Origin: Bryobacterales bacterium
GTDB taxonomy: Bacteria; Acidobacteriota; Terriglobia; Bryobacterales; Bryobacteraceae
Reading direction: 5' to 3'
Assembly: GCA_963699905.1 (NCBI GenBank)
Contig: CAVOVR010000007.1
Coordinates: 152,355-216,354, forward strand
Length of the DNA stretch: 64,000 nucleotides
In this document: piece after piece, positions 43,756 through 53,346 of the stretch
Layout of the letters: each line of letters begins with the position of its first letter
Position numbering within the stretch: position 1 is the first letter of the stretch
Notes under the pieces: generated by a model
What the model was told of the DNA's origin: nothing
The model's database searches: none
Seen by the model: the letters and a program-made list of their open reading frames with translations, nothing else
Translations under genes and position numbers: made by a program

Positions 43756-44862
43756 ACAACCTGCCGCGGTTGAGGAGACCCTGCGGGTCGAACATTTCCT
43801 TGATCTTCTTCATCATCGCAAAATCGTTTCCTGATTCATTGGGACACGATGCGGCCATAGCTCGCTCGATTCGCGAAAGCTTTGCGGCGCAAACTCGACA
43901 ACGCTCGTGCCCACCGCCGGGAACCGCACATCTGCGGCCTGTTCGAAGTATCCGTAACACACGCCCGAACCCGCGCGCGCCGCAGCCCGAGCCGGCAGCG
44001 AATCCAGCACGCGGCCAACGTCGGAAAGCACGCACGAAACGCGCACCACCGCGCCATCCTCATGCTCACCAAGAAACTGCGGCGTCGCCTCGCGAATCCG
44101 GCGCCACAGTGCCTCTTCTTCGGCGCCCTCCAGCACGCGTGCGCGCGACAATTCGCGTGAATAACGATCCAGAACCGCGGGACTGCCTCCCGCTTGGATC
44201 GCGAGCCGATAACCTCCGGGCGATTTCAGAATATCGATCGCCGCAGGGTTGCAACCTGCTCTTGCAGCACTTCATCGCGCGCGGCCATCGCATCCGACAT
44301 TTGCTCGAAGTCCTGAACAAAAGTCCGAGTTGCCGGCGGGCATCGGATGAAGCCGGAAATTCAGACTCGCGATCACCGCCAGCGTGCCAAACGATCCGAT
44401 CATGAGCTTGCCCATGTCGAGCCCCGCGACATTCTTCACCACCATGCCGCCGGTCCGGATCAGCTTCCCTTCCAGCGTGGCGAAAGTCATGCCGATCACC
44501 ATGTCTCGCGCGCTCCCATACAGCCTGCGCCGCGGACCGCTGGTGTTGGCCGCCACGATGCCGCCCATGGTGGCCTGGTCGGAGAACGGTGGATCAAGCG
44601 GGATCATCTGCCGGTGCTCCGCCAATACACCGCTCAGCTCGCAATAGGAGATGCCGGCGCCAACGCTGACGGTCAGGTCGCGCGGATCGTATTGCAGCAC
44701 CTTGTTCAGCGCGCGCGTGGATATTGTGACATCGGGCGGCGAAATGGGACCGCCCATGCGATCCTTGGTCGAGTTGCCACACACAGTGATCTGGCGATTT
44801 CGCGCACCGGCCTCCCCCAGACCCTCCGCGAGTTCTTCCGCGCTATCCGGAACGATGGTCAT
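43742..44862 (-). CDS. glcE: FAD-binding oxidoreductase (GlcE-like subunit), about 3 frameshifts
   Basis: MTIVPDSAEELAEGL...ITVCGNSTKDRMGG...PLDPPFSDQATMGGIVAANTSGPRRRLYGSARDMVIG...KNVAGLDMGKLMIGSFGTLAVI. C-terminus ...MKKIKEMFDPQGLLNRGRLYG. Confidence 0.75.
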
Positions 44863-44887
44863 GAATTAGCTATCGTATCAACGAGCG

Positions 44888-46552
44888 GTGTCCATCTTCA
44901 GCCCGAGCGATTTTCTCGAACTCACGCTAGCCGCGTTATTGCTTGTGATGGCCATCATCGCGCGGCCGTTCGTCGAGCCGTATGCTCGCAAGCTGGCGCC
45001 CAAAACAGCTTGGTGCATGCTGATCCTCGCGCTACTTCCCGTGGCGCTCCGGCTGGCGATGCTGTCGCATCATCCCGTTCCATCGCCCACCGTTTACGAC
45101 GAATTCGGACATCTGCTGGTCGCGGACACACTGTTTCACTTCCGCCTTGCGAATCCGGCCCATCCGATGCGCCGGTTCTTCGAGACGTTCTTCGTTTTGC
45201 AGACGCCATCGTACGCATCCATTTATCCGCTGGGACAAGGCTTGGTGTTGGCGATCGGCCGCGCCATCTTCGGAGTGCCCTGGGCCGGCGTGCTGCTTTC
45301 GACTGCGGCGATGTGTTCGCTCTGCTATTGGATGCTGCTCGGCTGGACGGCGCCGGAATGGGCGCTGCTCGGTGGCGTGCTTGCGGTAATTGAATTCGGG
45401 CCACTGAGTTCGTGGATGAATAGCTATTGGGGTGGATCACTGGCCGCAGTCGCTGGATGTCTCGTCTTCGGCGCTCTCCCCAGACTCCGCGCTTCCCCGC
45501 GCATTCGTGATGGCGCGCTGTTGGGCTTGGGGCTCGGAATCCATTGGCTGGCGCGCCCCTATGAAACAATATTTCTCGCGATCGCTGCGCTTGCTCTTTC
45601 TTTTCCCGTTGCCCGTCGAATCTGCGCTCACTCGCGAAACCGGCGCTGGCCGCGGCGTTGGTCGCTGCTTCCAGCAATCGGACTTTCACTCGCTCAGAAC
45701 AAACAAATCACCGGAAGTTGGACCACCCTGCCCTACATGCTCAGCCGCTTTCAATACGGCGTGCCGGCCTCGTTCACCTGGCAGCCGAACCCCGTGCCGC
45801 ATCTCGAACTCACGCGCGAGCAGCAGCTCCAATACAAGATGCAGACGTCATTTCGGGCGAGCGGGCCGGAAACCATCGAAAGCTACTTGTTGCGGCTGGA
45901 ATATCGCATTCGCTTTTATCGCTTCTTCTTTCTCCCGCCTTTGTACATCGCGCTGCCATTCTTCTTCGCGCGCGTGCGCGAATGGCGGTTCGCCTGGATC
46001 GCACTCACGCTCCTGCTCTTCGCACTGGGCGTCAACTTCTATCCGTTCTTTGAGGTTCACTACCTCGGCGCGCTGACGTGCTTGTTCCTGTTGGTCTGCA
46101 TCACCGGTCTCGAACGGCTCAGCGCGCTGAACGCCGATGCCGCGCGTCTGATCGTCTTCCTGTGCTTTGCGCATTTCGCGTTCTGGTATGCGAGAGGCTT
46201 CAGCGATCAACCCACGCCCGATCCGCGCGTTGCCATTAATCAGCAGCTCTCGCTCGCGCCGCGGCAAGCAACTCGTCTTCGTGCGCTACTGGCCGCAGCA
46301 CATCTTCCAGAACGAGTGGGTCTACAACGATGCTGACATCGACCATTCGCGCGTTGTATGGGCGCGCGACCTGGGCTCTTCCGAAGGCCAAAAGCTGCTG
46401 CATTACTACCCCGATCGGACCGCTTGGCTGCTCGAACCCGATGCGACGCCGCCCAAGCTCAGCCCGTACCACGTGGAGCCGAACCGCCAAACCGCTGCCT
46501 CCGCGCCTCACCGCACAATCCACCGCCGTTGCGTTTCGAACAGGTTCACTAA
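44888..46552 (+). CDS. Polytopic membrane protein, putative GT-C glycosyltransferase, paralogue 1 (at least 1 frameshift near 46260; 3' end uncertain)
   Basis: Acidic first-loop motif PTVYDEFGHLLVADT after TM1-2. At least 10 hydrophobic segments. The C-terminal soluble part is KQLVFVRYWPQHIFQNEWVYNDADIDHSRVVWARDLG. Long blocks are shared with the next gene. Confidence 0.55.
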
Positions 46553-46555
46553 GCG

Positions 46556-48222
46556 ATGTATATCTTCCACCTGTTCCGATCCTTCATCCCGAGCCTCAAT
46601 CCGATCGGCTTCAGCGCGAGCGATTTCATCGAACTCATCGTTACGCTCGTCCTCGTCCTGTTGGCATCGCTCAAGTACGGCAAGCGCCTCGCCGAAAAGA
46701 CCGGTTGGTGCATGCTGTTCCTCTTCATCCTGCCGATCGCGCTCCGGCTCGCGTTGCTTCCGCAATATCCAATTCCAACCCCAAATGTTTCGGACGATTT
46801 CAGCTACGTCCTGATCGCCGACACACTACGCCATCTCCGCCTCGCCAATCCACCGCATCCTCTGCACCAATTCTTCGAAACGTTCTTCGTGTTGCAGGAG
46901 CCCTCCTACGTCTCCATCTTTCCACTCGGCCAAGGCCTCGTCATAGCACTCGGCTGGACCATCTTCGGCCATCCGTGGGCCGGCGTCGCAATCAGCATCG
47001 GCGCACTCTGCGCGCTTTGTCTACTGGATGCTGCGCGCCTGGGTCTCCGCTGGTTGGGCGCTCATTGGCGGCCTGCTCGGCGGTCATCGAATTCGGGCCG
47101 CTTAATCAATGGATGAACAGCTATTGGGGCGGCGCCGTTTCGGCCTGCGCCGGATGCCTGGTGTTTGGAGCGTTGCCGCGACTGCGCCAATCGTACCGGC
47201 GTCGAGATGCCGCGTTATTGGGCCTCGGCTTGGCTCTTCAACTTCTCACCCGCCCCTATGAATCGATTTTTCTCGCGCTGAGCGTGCTCTTGTTCTTTCT
47301 ACCCGACGTGCGGCGCTTCACCGAACTCGCCCGCCCCGCGATTGTCGCAGCAATCGTCGTACTCCCGGCGATCACGCTGATGCTTGTCCAAAATAGACAA
47401 GCGACCGGCAGCTGGACCACGCTTCCTTACATGCTCAGCCGCTATCAATACGGCGTGCCAACCACGTTCACCATTCAGCCGATTCCCCTACCGCATCGAT
47501 CGCTCACGCATGAGCAGCAGCTCGACTACGACGCGCAATCGGAAGCTCATGGCGCGGGAACCGACACGTTCGCGAGCTATTGGGCACGATGGGCCGGCCG
47601 CATCCGCTTCTATCGTTTCTTCTTGCTGCCGCCCCTGTTCCTGACGCTCCTCGCTTTCCTGCCGGCGCTGCGCGAATACCGGTTCGGCTGGGCCGCGTTG
47701 ACGATCCTCATATTCAGCCTCGGTACAAATTTCTATCCGTATTTCTACTCGCACTACATTGCCGCGCTGACTTGTTTATTCGTCTTGATTTCAGTGGCGG
47801 GCCTCGAAAGGCTGAGCCGATGGAGCCGGCTATCGTCACACATCCTCATATTTCTTTGCGCCGCTCATTTCATCTTCTGGTACGGACTGCACGCCTCCCG
47901 CGACGCCGAATTGATCGCCGCCATGACGCCCTATGAAACCTGGGATGCGATCAATTACGGCGATCCTCAAGGCCGTGTCGCCATTCAGGGCAAGCTCGAC
48001 GCAGTTCCTGGGCAGCAATTGATTTTCGTGCGCTACTGGCCCCAGCACCAGTTTCAGGAGTGGGTTCACAACGCGGCCGACATCGACCACGCGCAAACTA
48101 TTTGGGCGCGCGACCTCGGCCCGGACGAGAATCAAAAGCTTCTGCGCTATTATCCTCAGCGGACTGCGTGGCTGCTGGAACCGGACGCGCATCCGCCCCG
48201 CCTGAGCCGCTACCCACGCTAG
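46556..48222 (+). CDS. Polytopic membrane protein, putative GT-C glycosyltransferase, paralogue 2 (2 frameshifts near 47020 and 47075)
   Basis: PNVSDDFSYVLIADT. Shared blocks with paralogue 1: FFETFFVLQ.PSY.SI.PLGQGLV, AVIEFGPL..WMNSYWGG, CLVFGALPRLR, TGSWTTLPYMLSR.QYGVP, FVRYWPQH, AWLLEPDA.PP.LS.Y. Confidence 0.55.
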
Positions 48223-49633
48223 CCGGCTTCCTCGCGATCACGATCATGGAAACGGGCGGAAACGGTAGAAACCGATCGATTCGCCGCCATAGAAACACGA
48301 AGGCATCGAACAGACGCAGAGACCATCGGCTGATGCGCGAACGCTTGAGCAGCTTACCGTACACATACCACGCCGGCGATGAGATGCGATTGAACCCGAT
48401 GATCGATTCCACGCGCAATCCCGCACGCTCCAGCACGTTCTGCAAACCCTCGCGCGTGTACCGGCGGCGGTGCCCGAGTACTTCATCCAGGCTTCCGAAA
48501 AGACCTGGGCCTTGCGGCGCCAACACGATCGCGCGGCCGTTCGCCCTGAGGACGTCGAACATATTCCGCGCACACGCGAAATCGTCATCCACGTGTTCCA
48601 TCACGTTTAGGCAAACCACGCTGTCCATCGATCCACGAAACCGTTCGAAGTCGTCGGATTGAACCGCGTCGCCGGAATGGATTTCGACATTCGCGCGATG
48701 CTTGAGCGCCGCTTTCAATCTCGCGAGATGCCCGTCATCGACGTCCGACGCAACGTAACGGTCGCGGCCGAGCGAAAGGGGACGCGTTAAGTTGCCCATG
48801 CCTGCCCCGAGTTCCAGCACGCGCCGTCCCAGAAACGGCAGGATCGTGTCGGCCATCCATTGATTGAATCGTGGCGCCACAGAGAATGCGTCAAGAATTT
48901 CGGCCGCTGAATCTCGGTAGAGATCGGATGTGAGCCCGAACCGCAGGATCGTCCATGCCGCCTGGAGCGCGTCCGCGAAGCCGATTTTCTTGCCTTCCGC
49001 GTACGTCCGGCCTTCGTAACTGATCGGCACTTCGTAGATGCGCGCCTGCCGCTTGGCTAGCTTGATGGTGAACTCAGGCTCGAATCCAAAGCGGTTGCTG
49101 CGCAGCGGAATACTCTTCGCGAGCGAAGTGCGAAAGGCTTTATAGCCCGTCTCCATGTCCGTGAGATTCAGGCCGGACACTGCATTCGCAAGCCCGGTGA
49201 GCAGGCGGTTCGCGACGGCATGCCAATAGTAGAGGACTCGCCGCCGCGCGCCCGCCGCAAAGCGCGAGCCATACACTGCATCCGCGACGCCGTCCACCAG
49301 CGGCTGCAGCAACTTCACGTATTCGTTCGGATTGTATTCGAGATCGGCATCTTGAATGATGCAAACTTCACCGCGAGCTTCTTCGATGGCGCGGCGCACG
49401 GCGGCGCCTTTGCCCCGGTTCTTATCGAAGCGCACGAGACGAATCACGTCTGGAAAGCGCAAAGCAATGTCGAGAACGGCTGCGGCGGAATCATCCGTTG
49501 AGCCGTCGTCAACCACGATGACTTCGCGCGCGAAGCCCGGCGGCAGCGGAGCGGCGATCACGCGCTCCAGCAGTGTCGCAACGAACTCCTGTTCGTTGTA
49601 CATCGGGATCAGGATCGATACGTCAACTACCAA
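48098..49633 (-). CDS. GT2 polyprenyl-phosphate glycosyltransferase (Dpm1/GtrB/ArnC-like) fused to a class I SAM-dependent methyltransferase
   Basis: VSILIPMYNE...VIVVDDGSTDDS...FDKNRGKGAA...IIQDADLEYNP (GT2 signature). C-terminal half: RVLELGAGMGNLTRPL...VVCLNVMEHVDDD (methyltransferase motifs I and II-III). Intact 511-aa ORF. The last 125 nt overlap the convergent paralogue 2. Confidence 0.8.
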   Translation of the reverse strand: MVVDVSILIPMYNEQEFVATLLERVIAAPLPPGFAREVIVVDDGSTDDSAAAVLDIALRFPDVIRLVRFDKNRGKGAAVRRAIEEARGEVCIIQDADLEYNPNEYVKLLQPLVDGVADAVYGSRFAAGARRRVLYYWHAVANRLLTGLANAVSGLNLTDMETGYKAFRTSLAKSIPLRSNRFGFEPEFTIKLAKRQARIYEVPISYEGRTYAEGKKIGFADALQAAWTILRFGLTSDLYRDSAAEILDAFSVAPRFNQWMADTILPFLGRRVLELGAGMGNLTRPLSLGRDRYVASDVDDGHLARLKAALKHRANVEIHSGDAVQSDDFERFRGSMDSVVCLNVMEHVDDDFACARNMFDVLRANGRAIVLAPQGPGLFGSLDEVLGHRRRYTREGLQNVLERAGLRVESIIGFNRISSPAWYVYGKLLKRSRISRWSLRLFDAFVFLWRRIDRFLPFPPVSMIVIARKPASVGSGSGGADARPVPAATQSAEDNSAEAFDSRPGRGRAPK

Positions 49634-50274
49634 CCCGTTTTCTCCATGCGGTCGAGAATTTCCGCGCTGTATTCGTTCATGCGTTCCGGCTTCCGCTTCA
49701 GCGGCCCGGGAATGATCGCCGCCAATCGCGCGGCTTGCTCGCGGCTCAACTCAGAGGCGTGCACGTGATAGTAATGCTCGGCCGCAGCCTCGCCGCCGTA
49801 GATTCCCGGGCCCCATTCAATCACATTCAAGTACAACTCCAGTATCCGATTTTTCGTTAGCAGGGCTTCCACAACCGGCACCAGCGCGAACTCCGCTCCT
49901 TTGCGAACAAAGGATCGCTCGGTGGTTAGAAACAGATTCTTTACAAGTTGTTGCGTGATCGTGGAACCGCCGCGCCCCAGCTTGTGGCGCTTGATGTCGT
50001 CCTCCACGACCTTTTGCATCTCGATCCAATCGAACCCGTGATGCTGCCGGAACCGGCCGTCCTCGGCCGCGACAACGGCATGCTGCAAATTGGGCGAAAT
50101 GCTGGAGAGCGGGACGAACTCGTAGCGCTTCTTGTAAGCGCGATGCGCGCGCAACGCTTGAACGCGCCTCTCCATCTGAACCATCGTGGTCCAGGGATCG
50201 ATCCAGCGCAGCAAGAAGATCCCGGCGGCGCAGAGCGCGTACAGTCCCACCGCGAACAACAAACAAACCAACAA
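49627..50274 (-). CDS. mtgA: Monofunctional biosynthetic peptidoglycan transglycosylase
   Basis: AVVAAEDGRFRQHHGFDW...GGSTITQQLVKNLFL...RKGAEF...LTKNRILELYLNVIEWGPGIYG. Intact. Confidence 0.9.
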   Translation of the reverse strand: MLVCLLFAVGLYALCAAGIFLLRWIDPWTTMVQMERRVQALRAHRAYKKRYEFVPLSSISPNLQHAVVAAEDGRFRQHHGFDWIEMQKVVEDDIKRHKLGRGGSTITQQLVKNLFLTTERSFVRKGAEFALVPVVEALLTKNRILELYLNVIEWGPGIYGGEAAAEHYYHVHASELSREQAARLAAIIPGPLKRKPERMNEYSAEILDRMEKTGW

Positions 50275-50305
50275 CGGCCTTGCGCGCTATCATCGAACTT
50301 CTGTT

Positions 50306-51535
50306 ATGTCTCACGTCTCTCATCTGGAGTGTAGCGTTTGCGACCGGCGCCACGAAGCAGGAAAATTACAAACGCTCTGCGATTGCGGCGGGCCGTTGCT
50401 GGTCCGGTACGATCTCGAAAAGACTAGAGCAACCTGGAACCGCGACTCGCTCGCAAAAGCGCCGCCGAATATGTGGCGCTACGCGCCGCTGCTTCCAGTC
50501 CAGGACTCCAGACATATCGTGTCCCTCGGTGAAGGCCTGACGCCGTTGATGAAAGCCGGCCGGCTCGCCGCGCGCCTCGGCGCAACCGACGTCTGGGTCA
50601 AAGACGAGGGCGTGAACCCGACTGGTTCCTTCAAAGCTCGCGGGATGTCGTGCGCGGTTTCGATGTGCGTGGAACTGGGTCTGTCGAAAATCGCCGTCGC
50701 GTCCGCAGGCAACGCCGGAAGCGCTCTCGCCGCATACGCGGCCGCCGCCGGAGTCGAAGCGCATATCTTCGTACCGCGCGACGTTCCGCGATCGAACTAC
50801 ATCGAGTGCCGGGCCTATGGAGCCCACGTCATGTTAGTCGATGGATTGATCAGCGATTGCGGGCGCATCATCTCCGAGCGCAAGCAAGCCGAAGGCTGGT
50901 TCGACATTAGCGGCCTCAAAGAGCCGTATCGCATCGAAGGAAAGAAAACGATGGGCTATGAGATCGCCGAACAGCTCGGCTGGACCTTGCCCGACGCGGT
51001 CCTATATCCGACCGGTGGCGGCCTGGGCCTGATCGGAATGTGGAAAGCTTTCGACGAGTTGGAAGCCCTGGGTTGGATTTCGAGTCAGAGACCGAAGATG
51101 ATCGCTGTGCAGACCACCGGTTGCCAGCCTGTCGTTCGGGCCTTTGAGCAAGGCGAATCGAAGACCGCTATTGGGAAGATGCGCACACGGTGGCCGCCGG
51201 GCTCCGCGTGCCGAAGCCGTTGGGCGATGCTCTGACGCTCTCGGCGATTCGCGCCAGTGGAGGGACTGCCGTCGCCGTCGACGACGAAGAGCTGCTGGAT
51301 GCGAGCCTGGAAATCGCCGCAGACAACTGGCGTATTCGCCGTCGCCCGAAGGCGGGGCGCCTGCTGGCCGCGCCTCAAGAAACTTCTGGCCAATGGGTTT
51401 CTCAAGCCGGATCATCGCATCGTCCTTTACAACACCGGCACCGGATTGAAATACTTGGAGGCATTTTCCCCTCGATTTCCGCAGAGCAGCCTTTCCGAAC
51501 ACGACAAACTCGGCGGCTTGATTACACCCCGATAA
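50306..51535 (+). CDS. Threonine synthase-like PLP enzyme (short form with N-terminal zinc ribbon), at least 2 frameshifts
   Basis: MSHVSHLECSVCDRRHEAGKLQTLCDCGGPLLVRYD...LGEGLTPL...VWVKDEGVNPTGSFKARGMS...ASAGNAGSALAAYAA... | EDAHTVAAGLRVPKPLGD...GTAVAVDDEEL | ...HRIVLYNTGTGLKY. Confidence 0.75.
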
Positions 51536-51694
51536 CAGCCCCTATTTGCTTTTGACACTGCCGCTTGACTTTTGGCACACTATAGGGGTGTCTTGGGAGT
51601 CAGCCCTTCCTCCCGGCTTCGGCCCTGCTGGTGTCTTCGAGTCCGCGGTGAAACCTGCCTCTTCCCTCTTCAGAAATGTCAAGGAGCCTAGTCA

Positions 51695-52018
51695 ATGAAA
51701 CTATTTGTAGGGAATCTCCCTTATGCGGCTACTGAGGCCGACTTAACGGATTTCTTCTCGCAAGCGGGCGTCGCCGTGGATAGCGTGAATGTGATGCGCG
51801 ATCGTTTCACCGGTGAGGCTCGCGGATTCGGGTTCGTTGAAATCAACGACGACACCGCGGCAAATCGTGCGATCGAAGCTTGTAATGGCCGCGACCTGAT
51901 GGGCCGCGCGCTGGTGGTGAACGAAGCCCGTCCCATGGTTCCTCGCGAAGGCGGCGGTGGCCGTGGTCCCGGCGGTGGCGGAGGACGCGAGCGCCGGGGT
52001 GGCCGGCCCGGCCGCTAG
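51695..52018 (+). CDS. RRM-type RNA-binding protein with a Gly/Arg-rich tail
   Basis: MKLFVGNLPYAATEADLTDFF (RNP2)...ARGFGFVEI (RNP1)...GGGGRGPGGGGGRERRGG. Intact. Confidence 0.9.
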   Translation: MKLFVGNLPYAATEADLTDFFSQAGVAVDSVNVMRDRFTGEARGFGFVEINDDTAANRAIEACNGRDLMGRALVVNEARPMVPREGGGGRGPGGGGGRERRGGRPGR

Positions 52019-52023
52019 ACCAC

Positions 52024-53328
52024 CTATCCCTCCAGTATTTTCGCGATCGCGTCCGCGTCGTTCGGCACTACGACAGGACGATTGCCCAACCGTGCCTCAA
52101 TCGGCTTGCCGTCGGGATCCTGCAATTGACCGGTGTGATAGCGATAAATGTAGTCCGGATCCTTCAGAACGTTTCCCGTCAGAACAGCGACCACGTCTTC
52201 GTCCGCCCGAATGACTCCGGCTTCGGTCAGCTTTCGAATTCCCGCCAGTGTCGCAGCCGACGCCGGTTCACAGCCGATGCCGCATTGGCCGATGATCGCT
52301 TTCGCGTCAGCGATCTCTTGTTCGCTGACCTTCTCTACGGTCCCGTTGGTGACTGTGATCTCATGCAGTGCTTTGGGCCAGGAAACCGGATCGCCGATGC
52401 GAATGGCGGTGGCCAGCGTGCGGGGCTCAGGAATGCTCCTGAATTCGCCTTTGTTTTGCATGAACTCATAGAACGGAGCGGCGCCTTCCGCCTGTACCAC
52501 AGCCAGACGCGGCAATTTCCGAATGAAACCGAGCTGGCACAACTCGCGCAGCGCCTTTCCAAACGCAGATGTATTGCCGAGATTGCCGCCGGGAAGGACG
52601 ATCCAATCGGGCGGATTCCAATCGCGCTGGTCCAATAATTCGAAAATGATGGTCTTCTGGCCTTCGATGCGAAATGGATTGATCGAATTGAGCAAGTAAA
52701 TACCGAGGCGTTCGGCCAGCACTCGCACCAGCGCCAGGATCTGATCGAAATTCGCCTCCACCTGCAACGTGCGCGCCCCGTATTCCAAAGCTTGCGCGAG
52801 CTTGCCGTAAGAAATGTTGCCGTGCGGAATGAAGACGATTGGGTCGAGGCCAGCGGCGCTCGAGTATGCCGCCATTGATGCCGACGTGTTTCCGGTGGAG
52901 ACGCACGCAACACGCTGCCGGTCTAATCGAATGGCCTGGGTGACTCCGCACGTCATGCCGTTGTCCTTGAACGATCCGGTCGGGTTGAAGCCCTGATGCT
53001 TGAAAGTAAGACGATCCAATCCGCCGTAGCGAGCCGCGCGCGGCGCATCGAGCACTGGCGTATTGCCTTCGCGCAGCGAGACCACTTGATGATGATGGCC
53101 ATCGAACGGCAGCAATTCGCGATAGCGCCAAACGCCGCTCTGCTCGAGCGCGTCATTGGATGTGCGCCTGGATCGCCAGTTCTGCTTCAACACCTGAACA
53201 TCCACGCGACCTTCGGTGAAAACTACTTCGAGCAGACCCGTACCACAAACCGGACAATTATAGATCGCCTCATCGATCGGAAAACGCGCGCGGCACTGCT
53301 GCTCGAAACACGCCAACTCAGCTAGCAT
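52024..53328 (-). CDS. thrC: Threonine synthase
   Basis: ATG 53328: MLAELACFEQQCRARFPIDEAIYNCPVCGTGLLEV...LREGNTPV...LTFKHQGFNPTGSFKDNGMT...STGNTSASMAAY...GGNLGN. Intact. The 589-aa track ORF is an upstream extension that overlaps the adjacent dehydrogenase gene. Confidence 0.9.
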   Translation of the reverse strand: MLAELACFEQQCRARFPIDEAIYNCPVCGTGLLEVVFTEGRVDVQVLKQNWRSRRTSNDALEQSGVWRYRELLPFDGHHHQVVSLREGNTPVLDAPRAARYGGLDRLTFKHQGFNPTGSFKDNGMTCGVTQAIRLDRQRVACVSTGNTSASMAAYSSAAGLDPIVFIPHGNISYGKLAQALEYGARTLQVEANFDQILALVRVLAERLGIYLLNSINPFRIEGQKTIIFELLDQRDWNPPDWIVLPGGNLGNTSAFGKALRELCQLGFIRKLPRLAVVQAEGAAPFYEFMQNKGEFRSIPEPRTLATAIRIGDPVSWPKALHEITVTNGTVEKVSEQEIADAKAIIGQCGIGCEPASAATLAGIRKLTEAGVIRADEDVVAVLTGNVLKDPDYIYRYHTGQLQDPDGKPIEARLGNRPVVVPNDADAIAKILEG

Positions 53329-53346
53329 GATTAAAGTATCCCCAAT

